A stretch of DNA of 22,172 nt from the NCBI GenBank assembly GCA_964388265.1, contig CAYLXZ010000012.1, positions 1 to 22,172 of the forward strand, read 5' to 3'. The position numbers and the translations under genes are program-made. Shown here piece by piece: positions 7,685-16,300 of this stretch. Position 1 is the stretch's first letter; each line of letters starts with the position of its first letter. The notes beneath the pieces are model-generated. The model saw only the letters and a list, made by a program, of their open reading frames with translations, was not told the origin of the DNA and made no database searches. The DNA comes from Candidatus Micrarchaeota archaeon (lineage in GTDB: Archaea > B1Sed10-29).

Positions 7685-7685
7685 T

Positions 7686-8036
7686 TTAGTCGTCCTCCTT
7701 GAATTTTTCTCCTAGGAGTTTTCCCCAGGCTCCAAGAGTTCCTTTGGCTGCGTCGTATGCTCTGGTTCCTTCTATTGGGTCCTTTGTATCTGTATCCATG
7801 TCTATTTCTCCTGGTATTTTGTATTCTGGTTTCCATTTTGTCTCTATCTCTATTGGATCCATGACGTTGTCGTTTGCTGTGTCCTTGGTTTTCTTGGTTT
7901 TCATTGCTCTTTTTGCTAGTGAGGCTACTCCCATTAGGAATGCTGCACCTATGGCTAGCTTTGCGATTAATAGGTATCCTCCTAGGTAGAGGAATCCTCC
8001 TACCACGGCTGCCATTAGGGCGTTGTTTGCATTCAT
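7686..8036 (-). CDS. Membrane-anchored protein, 116 aa (paralogue C)
   Basis: AGGTGA SD before ATG 8036. N-terminal hydrophobic hairpin (FLYLGGYLLIAK), VMDPIEI..KIPGE core, Gly/Lys amphipathic C-terminus. Confidence 0.8.
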   Translation of the reverse strand: MNANNALMAAVVGGFLYLGGYLLIAKLAIGAAFLMGVASLAKRAMKTKKTKDTANDNVMDPIEIETKWKPEYKIPGEIDMDTDTKDPIEGTRAYDAAKGTLGAWGKLLGEKFKEDD

Positions 8037-8045
8037 TTTATTCAC

Positions 8046-8396
8046 CTATGATTTCAGGAGCTTTATCACTCCTTTTGTTGCTCCTTTTAGGACATTTCCC
8101 ATTCCTGATACCATTCCGTGTGCGCTTAGTTTGTTTTGTCTTCCGTCTGGGTATACTCTGATTTTTCCTTCTTCTGGGTAGAGGTTTGGTGGTTCTCCTG
8201 CGTCTTCGTAGACCACTGGGTGTAGTACTGTGTCTTCTTCTGGTTCTTTCTGTGTTTGGGTGCTTGTGGATTTCTTGGTTCTTGTGCTGTATTCTAGTAA
8301 TAGTAGTGCTGCTCCTATCCCTATTGCTATCTTTATTGTTCCTAGGTAGATTCCTAGTAGTACTGTGAGTAGTGCTGTGGTTATTAGTTTAGTCAT
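8046..8396 (-). CDS. Membrane-anchored protein, 116 aa (paralogue B)
   Basis: GGTGA SD before ATG 8396. GIYLGTIKIA hairpin, VLHPVV..LYPEEGKI core, GMGNVLKGATKGVIKLL amphipathic tail. Confidence 0.8.
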   Translation of the reverse strand: MTKLITTALLTVLLGIYLGTIKIAIGIGAALLLLEYSTRTKKSTSTQTQKEPEEDTVLHPVVYEDAGEPPNLYPEEGKIRVYPDGRQNKLSAHGMVSGMGNVLKGATKGVIKLLKS

Positions 8397-8739
8397 CGTC
8401 ATCACCGCCTTTCACTATTCTTTTGGTTCCGCCTCCTATTGCTTTTCCAAGTCCTCCTAGTCCTCTTTTGAGTGGAACTGACTTCATTCCTGTGCTTGCT
8501 GGATCTAGATCTATCTTCATTTTTTCTGGGTAGATGCTGTCTGGTCCGTCGTATTTTCTCTTGACTTTTATTGGCTGTACTTTGGGGCTTGAGCTTGATT
8601 GAGGTGTTTTTTGGGCTGTGGTTTTTGTTGTGGTGTATGTTAGGGCTGTGGCTATTCCTGTGATTACTGCTATCTTTATTAGTCCGAGGTAGATCATTCC
8701 TAGTGTTGCTAGTCCGAGGAGGGCTATGGGTTTATTCAT
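8389..8739 (-). CDS. Membrane-anchored protein, 116 aa (paralogue A)
   Basis: GAGGTGA SD before ATG 8739. MIYLGLIKIA hairpin, VQPIKV..IYPEKMKI core, GLGGLGKAIGGGTKRIV tail. Confidence 0.8.
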   Translation of the reverse strand: MNKPIALLGLATLGMIYLGLIKIAVITGIATALTYTTTKTTAQKTPQSSSSPKVQPIKVKRKYDGPDSIYPEKMKIDLDPASTGMKSVPLKRGLGGLGKAIGGGTKRIVKGGDDDD

Positions 8740-8878
8740 TTGCCTCACCTCGTGTTTCGGTTAGGTTTCGTATTGCTGATCTTATTGCTTCGGATCTGGT
8801 TGGGTACATTCCTTTGGATACTTCTTCGTCTATCCTTTTCTTGAGTTTGTTTGTTAGTCGTACCTGTATTGGTTCCAT
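8732..8878 (-). CDS. Ribbon-helix-helix (CopG/Arc/MetJ) regulator, CdrS-like, 48 aa; not in the ORF track
   Basis: Manual translation gives MEPIQVRLTNKLKKRIDEEVSKGMYPTRSEAIRSAIRNLTETRGEANE*, with beta-ribbon IQVRL and the G-x-Y-P-x-RSEAIR-x-A-x-R signature. AGGTGG SD; the stop overlaps the next ATG. Confidence 0.9.
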   Translation of the reverse strand: MEPIQVRLTNKLKKRIDEEVSKGMYPTRSEAIRSAIRNLTETRGEANE

Positions 8879-8893
8879 ACCATCCACCTATTA

Positions 8894-8953
8894 GTAACTA
8901 CTTTCTTGTAGTTACACTACTAGTGTAGTTTCTATGCACTACGCTTTATAAAG
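8894..8953 (-). promoter_or_regulatory. Promoter plus operator array of the RHH operon
   Basis: Palindromic TATA CTTTATAAAG (8944-8953). Five alternating ACTAC/GTAGT boxes at 8897, 8908, 8916, 8925 and 8938, including the perfect inverted repeat GTAACTAC-N6-GTAGTTAC (8894-8915). Confidence 0.75.
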
Positions 8954-8994
8954 GTTAAGGTTTTTGCAAGGTGGCGTTGGTGGTGGGAAAATTA

Positions 8995-9285
8995 TTACCC
9001 TTCGAGCATCTGCATCATCTCTGGGGAGTAGAACTCTTCGGACTTCTTCTTTCTGTGTTCTCTCCAGAGTATCATCACTGCAAGTAGGGCTAGTACTGCG
9101 AACCAGTATTGCTGTAGGTTGAAGTACTCTAGGAATGCGATTCCTCCTATTGCTGCTATGAATACTGGCACGCTTCTAAGTAGAATTAGGATTAGGAACA
9201 TTCCTCCTATGAATAGCCACATTATTCCTTGTGTGTATGCCATGAAGGATATTACAAGTAGTACTATGGCTGCGAATGGATCCAT
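8995..9285 (-). CDS. Small polytopic membrane protein (96 aa)
   Basis: ATG 4 nt after the upstream stop. Almost entirely hydrophobic, followed by the WREHRKKKSEEFYSPEMMQMLEG tail. Confidence 0.8.
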   Translation of the reverse strand: MDPFAAIVLLVISFMAYTQGIMWLFIGGMFLILILLRSVPVFIAAIGGIAFLEYFNLQQYWFAVLALLAVMILWREHRKKKSEEFYSPEMMQMLEG

Positions 9286-9289
9286 TTTA

Positions 9290-9523
9290 TCAGTCCTCTT
9301 CACTCATTGCTTCTCCGAATGCTTGGAATACTGGGTAGCCGAAGAAGAATATTACTGCGAGTATAAGTAGCTCGTAGTGGCTGAATATGGTTAGGTACGC
9401 TATCACTGCGGCTATTATTATTCCTAGTGGCTTGTTGTCTATTACTCCGGTGCTCCATTTCACTAGGAATATGAATGCGATTATTGTTAGGGCTAGTCTT
9501 AGGTCGTTCCATAGTGCCGGCAT
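9290..9523 (-). CDS. Small 3-helix membrane protein (77 aa)
   Basis: AGGTGA SD. Helix-IDNKPL-helix-Y..F-helix pattern shared with the two upstream genes. Confidence 0.8.
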   Translation of the reverse strand: MPALWNDLRLALTIIAFIFLVKWSTGVIDNKPLGIIIAAVIAYLTIFSHYELLILAVIFFFGYPVFQAFGEAMSEED

Positions 9524-9571
9524 GTGTTCACCTAGTTATATTATTCATTCTTTTTTTATATGTCTGTTGGG

Positions 9572-9880
9572 TTATCTTTCTCCGACTCCGAATATTATTA
9601 TTGAGGAGATCATTCCAAAGCTTAGGCTTCCTGCTATGAAGTACCCTATGTATAGGGCTCCTATTATGAACCATAGTCTGTAGAATATGTAGAACCCTAT
9701 GGCGAACATGATGTATCTTAGGCTTTTTGCTCTTATGACTCTGCTTAGGAACCCGTACCACATTGCTGCTACGAAGAAGAAGAACACCCATTTGAACTGG
9801 GGGATTAGCTTGGCTGCTAGTATTGGTCCTCCCATTAGGAGACCGAATAACAGTGCCTTGATTGTTCTTGCTCCTGGCAT
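9572..9880 (-). CDS. Small polytopic membrane protein (102 aa)
   Basis: AAGGTGA SD. Very hydrophobic and aromatic, with a FLSRVIRAKSL loop. Confidence 0.8.
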   Translation of the reverse strand: MPGARTIKALLFGLLMGGPILAAKLIPQFKWVFFFFVAAMWYGFLSRVIRAKSLRYIMFAIGFYIFYRLWFIIGALYIGYFIAGSLSFGMISSIIIFGVGER

Positions 9881-9896
9881 CTATATTTCACCTTTT

Positions 9897-10229
9897 TTAT
9901 GCTTTTTTTCTTTTTCTCACGCTTTCTTTCTTTTTCTTTGCTTCGCCTCCGCCTCCTCCTAGGGCGAGGTCGAACATCACGTCTATTGGTCCATGTGGTA
10001 GTATTATCACTATGAGTAGTAGTGGTATCCATAGCCATGCCCATCGGAATAGTAGGAGGTAGGCTAGTCCTAGTGTGATTAGGGTAACGGCGGTTGGGTC
10101 GGATATCTTTCTTCTTAGGAACTTGATTATGAATACCAGTATGAATAGCTTTATACCTATGATAGCTAGGTTGAATAACCCTATCTGTTGGGGCATGAGT
10201 GAATCTAGTATCCCTAACTTCTCCAGCAT
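9897..10229 (-). CDS. Small polytopic membrane protein (110 aa) with a poly-Gly/Lys tail
   Basis: GAGGAG/GGAG upstream. FLRRKISDP loop, AYLLLF helix, GGGGGEAKKKKESVRKRKKA end. Confidence 0.8.
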   Translation of the reverse strand: MLEKLGILDSLMPQQIGLFNLAIIGIKLFILVFIIKFLRRKISDPTAVTLITLGLAYLLLFRWAWLWIPLLLIVIILPHGPIDVMFDLALGGGGGEAKKKKESVRKRKKA

Positions 10230-10353
10230 CTATATCTCCAACTCCTCACTATAGAGGTAAAGGAAGAAATAAGTTAAAAAGGAAGGGGTTTTCTGAATAT
10301 GCGTCGGTTTTAGGTATAATATTTTGCGATAGGTATTACTTGTAAGGGTTTCT

Positions 10354-13300
10354 TCATTGAGGGCCTGAGGTTCCTCCATTTCCACCGTTTTGTTGAGATG
10401 AGTCCCACCAGTTCTTTTCACAGAGTACCGTTACTTTCCATTTGTCTTGAGAGTCCCAATTGTCTCTTTCTACTAGTACGCTTCTCCATCTTTTTGGTCC
10501 TTTCACTGATTTAGGTGCTGGTTCTCCTCCCACGGCTGGATAATCATGAGTACTTCCTTCTCCCACTAGTATTGTTCCCATGGCTCCAACATGGTAACCT
10601 TCCTTACAGAGTATCTTGTTTACTCCATCACCAGTTCCAGTGGTGCTGTTTACGTAGGCGTCATATTTTTCTTTAGATGCATCGTATTCTTTACAGGTGT
10701 ACTTTAACGTACAGCTTGCTTCGGCCCGGCCAGCACTACTAGCATCCGTTTCTTGGCATCTCATCTTTATGGTTGAGGGGTTTTTTAACCAGCAGTCTGC
10801 TCTGTCTCCATCACTGGGATCATCGGCATCTCCTCGTACGCCATGCTCTCCACCAAAATTCAGCCTGCATCCGAATGAGTCAACAATCTTTCCATCATCA
10901 CAGGGATAGAGTTCAGTTTCGTTGTGACCACCATCATCTTCGTCACCACTTTCTTTATCAAAGTCTAAGTCACCAGGGGAGTGGAAGGACTTACTTATTT
11001 CTCCTGGGTTTCTTTCGGCGAGGAAAGCACCTTTATAAGCAGTTTCTCCACTTCCCCAACTAACTGCTGACTCGGCGTTTATGAAGACCACTTCGCTGGG
11101 TGAGTGAGGGTAGGCTGCTGCGTAGTCATCGTCACCTGGATCCTGCCATTTATCTTTACCGTTTCTTCCCCACATATGGTTATCTATAGCACTCATACTC
11201 CATAGGGTGTTACAGAGTCCTAGGTCATCATTTAAGGTGAAGTCATCTTCATCGTAGAGTTCATCACTATTTTTATCATAGTCTTTATTGAAAAGGTATT
11301 CTAGCATGTATCTTCCATCTATCTTTCCTTTTGTTACCTTATGGTCTGGGTCTGGATCTCCTTTTCTCGGGGCCATTGGTCCATATGTATCGCCTTTAAT
11401 CCAGTTACGAGCGGGGTCAGGTTTGCTTTTCTGAAACTTTTTCGCTGTCCAGCATCCATCCTTGTCTTTATCTTTATAGTATTGGCTGTATCCGCAGTTT
11501 CCTTTACTGCAGTCTACAGAGTTCCCTCCTTTAATGGATTTTTTATAACAGTTGTTTGATCCTGTGATCTTGTTGTTGTCTTTTGTGACTTTTAGGGAAT
11601 TGCCTTCTGTTCCGCAGAGATTGTTATTACTTATCACTGTTTGTGAAGAATCTTTTATCTTTATTCCTGTGCCTAGTTTGTTTGTGGAGGTTTTATTGAT
11701 AAGGCTGTTGTTAAGTTTTTCCAGGTGTATTCCTGTTTCGTACTTCTTGATTGTGTTATCGTCTATGGTGATGTTTATATCTCCGTTTTCTTTTTCTGTT
11801 TGCTCTATCCCTGTGCCTGAGCCCTTGCTTTTACCTGTTAGGGTGTTTTTCTTGATTATGTTTTTAGTGGATTTCTCTGTTAGTGTTACTCCATTTTTGG
11901 AGTTAATTTTGTTTTTAGTGACTTCTGTAGATTTGGAGTTCTGGATCTTTATACCGTTGCCATATTTGTTTATTTTTACGTTCTTGATTTTTACATTCTT
12001 GGTTTCTTGTATTTTTATTGCTGTTGTACCTGAGTCAAGACCTTCTCCTGTTATCTTGTTTCCTTTACCGTTTAACACTACGTTGTCGGCTTCTATTTTG
12101 AGGCAGTGGTCTTTCCCGCTTTGCGTGCCATCTGTTATATCTTTTGTTATGTTCCATTCTCCTTTATGAGTTATATCTATACATGATTTTATGTTTCCTG
12201 CTATGAGTGTTTTTCCTTTTTTTGCAGTTAGTTTCTGAGCGTATATTATTTCAGGAGATTTTATGATTAGGTAGTCGTTGTTGGTTTGCATTGGGAAATT
12301 TCCTTTTCTTTCTAGTTGTGTAGGAGGGGACCATGCAGGGTTCTTGACATCTTTTAGGTGGTGGATTCGAGAGAAGGAAGATTCTTCTTTGATTTTTGTA
12401 CTTAGTTCTTCTGGTGTTATCTTGGTTTTACCGTACATTAGGTTACCTGTTTTTTCTAATCCTTGTGGGTTTTCCCAGTTTTTTAGAATGGATTTTGCCC
12501 CGAGGGTTTTGGCGAAGATGTAGAGGCCGGTTGAGTCTTTGATTGCTATTGGTTCTTTTGGGAAGTCTTCTCTTGAAGTTACTTTTATATCTTGACCCTG
12601 AAGTATTTCTTGGTTGAATTGGTAGATGTAGTCTTCACATTTGCCTTCTTCGCAGTTTGCTACTACGATTGTTGATTTTGGTATAGTTGTTTTCTCGTAG
12701 GTAATATTATCTGTATTTTGGAGTGGGATGAATCCTTCTGTGAAGATTTTAATAGAAGGTTTTAAGTCTTTGTAGTTTTTTGAGGTGTTTATCCCTATTA
12801 CTGGGATTTCTTTAGTCATTACTGCTTTCTTATCGCTTATTCGTTTGAATAGTGCTGTTGGATCTTTATCTGGATCCACGAATAGAGTGAGGTTGTCTAT
12901 GATTGCTTGTGGGTCAGGTCCTTGGATTTTTAGAGTAGCATCCTTTTTTTCTCCTTTTACTTGGATGGTGTTGTTTCCGGTTCCTGGTTTTACTACTACT
13001 TGGTTTTTAGCACTGATTGGTTCTTCTGTAGAGGGTTTTTCTCCGTATTGTTTTTCTATCAGTGTCCTTATAGTGTCTATATAGCCTTTTGGATATCCTG
13101 TTTGAAGACGTAGATCATTGCTGAATTTATCGCGGCTGTCCATTGGAAGAAGCGCTTGGAACTTCTTTACATGAAGTTCTTTAGGGGAACTTATAGGTGT
13201 AATTTTTAATATGGTTAATGGTTGTCCTTCAGGATTTTCATCTTTGCTGATATTTATTTTGTATTTTCCGTGTCCTGGAATGGAGATGCTTTTAGGTTCT

Positions 13301-16300
13301 TTTAGGAGTAAATCACAGTTAGAATGTTTTTTCCCTTCAAAGGAAGTGCATATTACTCGGTTCTTTTCCCACCAAGATTCTTCCTCTTCTTCTGGTAATA
13401 CTTTTTCTAGGTGGCTTTGTAGGTTAGGTGTGGACATGCGTTGGTTGACGAGTTTAGCTTTGAAGATTTTTTCCTTATTCAGTTTGACTTGAGGGTTTAG
13501 GAATGGTTTTATTTTCTCTATCAGTAGCTCTAGGGTACAGTATTTACTGTTGCAGTTTGTTTTTGTTGAACCGTATCTTTGTATGGATAAGGGGAATAGG
13601 TATTTTCCTATTGGTTGTTGTTCATCCTCTCTTCTTATGTTTAGGGAGCGGCTCCAGATTCTATTTATTTGTATTATGCTTCTTTCTTCTGTTTTTGTCA
13701 TTGTTAGGTTGAATTTTATCTTTCCTTTTCTGATCCCTTCTATTTCCTGGGTTTTCCCAGTGCTTATTTTGAATTTACAGGTTCCTTTTTGAGATGTTAG
13801 TTCGCAGTTGCTTTTCTCTAGCTTTATGTTTTCTAGCCCTTTTCCTTGCAGTGTTGCTTTAAGATTCATTTCTGCGTTGTCTGTTGTATAGCTGCATTTT
13901 CTTGGAATGTTGAACCCTAGCTTTTTTTCTTTTGTACCTTTTCCTCCTTTTAGCTCGATGTTTATAGGTTTTCTAGGTAGTTGGAGACAGGGTTTTATTG
14001 TTGCTTGAGCGCTTTCCATTAGGTAAGGGCTGTTACTTCCAGGTATGGGGGTTATTGTGATGTTTTTGCTGGTGCTGGTGCTGCATTTTTTTCCTTGGTA
14101 GGAAGGATCTGCTTGATATTCTCCTTGTTGGGATTCTTCTCCGCATGTTTCTCCTCCGTAGTCGGTGGCTGCATCATATTTATCTGTTTCTATGCATTTA
14201 TAATCAAATTTCTGTTCTTGTTTGCATTTGTCTCCTGGGTCGCAGTATTGTTCTTTAGCGCACTTTATGTCCTTCTGATCTTTTTTGGAGTGTGGTTGAT
14301 AAGTGTCTAGGATTTCTTGACACCTATATTGGTTTTTATTTGTGCAGCTGTGGCTATTTCCTTTTTCACAGTGGTAGGTTTCACTACTGCTGCTGCTGCA
14401 TGTTTTGGTTTCTGGATATTCACATTCATCTCCTGTTTTACAGTAAGAGATTTCTTGGTTGAGGTTGGTGTCTAGTTTGCAGCCGTTGTTTTTTCTATGG
14501 AAGAAGGATACTCTATATTCTGCTTTATCTCCTCCTATTAGTGTAGCTTTTTTTACTGGAGGATAGTTTAAGTTAAGGTAGCATTCTCCCTCAGCTTCTC
14601 CTATTCCTTCTCCTGAGAGGTTGAGTGCTTTGATGTATGATTGGGTAATTATGTGATGTGTTTCGTTTCTTATGGAGATGTCTTTACTGGTGCTTAATGG
14701 ATATATAGTGTTTCCTTTATTTTTCCCGTAGTTTCCTATATCGGCCCATGCTGTTCCTCTTGATCCTTCTACACCGAATTCAAATGCTGTGGAACCATCA
14801 CGGCTTAGGTTTACGTCTGCGCGTGCGGGTCCTCCTTCAGTTATATTGGCTTTGATTGTGGTGATCTTTTTTCTTCCTTGAAATGGAAGGACGAAGCTGA
14901 AGTTAGCGTAGCTGCTGTTCCATTCTTTAAGTTTCAGGAAGGTTTGTGGGTCTGAAATTTCTTCGAATTTTAGGTTTTCTCCCCAGTCCTTTATTTCCAG
15001 GTTTCCTCCGATTAGAGGGGCTTCTCCAGTGTTCTTCATCTCTAGGGTTAGTTTTACTTCATCTTTAGGCGTGACTGTGGTGCTGTCCGCAGGGATGCTG
15101 AATTCGCCTGTACTGGTGTTTTTTACTCTGATTCGCGTGTAGAATTTCACATCATTCTCTGTTACATTTATGAAGAAGGGTTTTTGTTTCTTGTATGGGA
15201 AGTTGGTTTCTGTTACTTTTCGAATAGGTATGAATGCTTCGTCTCCTCCTTTTGTTATTTTTGAGTGGAGGGTTGTTTCGGAGGTTTTACCTGGTTCTAG
15301 GTTTTTCTTTCCATTGTAGTTTATCACTGCTTTTGTGTCAGATCCAGTTGATTCTACCCGGTTGTATTCTCTTCCTCCATTTTCAAAATATTTCCAGCTT
15401 TCTACTTCGGTGAATTTATATTTGTCTTTGTTTTTGGATCCGATTCTTAGTTTTCCGGTTATTTTTTCGTCTTTTTTGCTGGTGGCGTTTACTTTGAGGG
15501 TAAAGCTTTGTCCTTTTGCTCTTAGGTAGTTTTTATTGTGGCTGTAGATCTCTCCATCTATGATTCTTGTGATGGTGATGTTTTCCCCTGGCTTTTCTTC
15601 TTTCTTTTCTGTGATGTTGAACACTAGGTTATGATCTCCTAGTTTTCCTTTTGGTGGCTTTATAGGGATGGTTGCGTTTCCTGAGTTTTTTGTTACGGCT
15701 TCTATAACTGTTTTAGTGGTTTTCCCTGGTTTTAATGGTTCTTTCTGGAAATTCACTATGGCTAGATGTGTTTCAGAGGTTATAGCGGTTGTTCTGGTTT
15801 TTTTCCCGTTTTCATAGTTTTTTACTGATGTGAAGTTTGTATATGATTGTTTTCCTGAGTTGGAGTGGTACTTGTCTTCTATTTTAAGAGGGTCTTGTAT
15901 ATTCGTTGAGCCTGTGTTGGTTGTGTTTACGATGAGTTTGATGTCTTCGTTTCTTTTCACTTCAAGTTCTCTTATGTTCCCTTGGTAAAGTGTATCGTTG
16001 TATTTTATCCATTTTTTGGTTGTTACGTTTGGTTTTTCTCCTGGTTTGTATCGGATTGTGAAGGTGTAGGGAGTTGCTCCGGGTTTTCCTTGGATTTCTG
16101 CTAGGATGTTTGCTGGTTTTCCTACTTTTTGCGTGGTTGCTTCTACCTTCATTGTGGTTGTTTCTTGAACTGGAAGAGGTTGCTGTTCATCGAAGTTCAC
16201 TCTGGCTGTATGTTGGTTGGGTCCTAGGGAAGTGTCTTCCCATCGGGTTCTGTTTCCTTCTTGGTCGTAGTTTCTTACTTTAGTGAAGGTGGTGTAGGAT

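Noticed and set aside
8732..8878. RHH protein as the antitoxin of a toxin-antitoxin pair
   Set aside because: The downstream genes encode membrane-anchored paralogues with no PIN, RelE/ParE or other toxin features.
8894..8942. CRISPR array or ncRNA in the repeat-rich intergenic segment
   Set aside because: The units are only 5-8 bp with no spacer structure. Their position between TATA and SD fits an operator. No CRISPR array is seen anywhere in the window.
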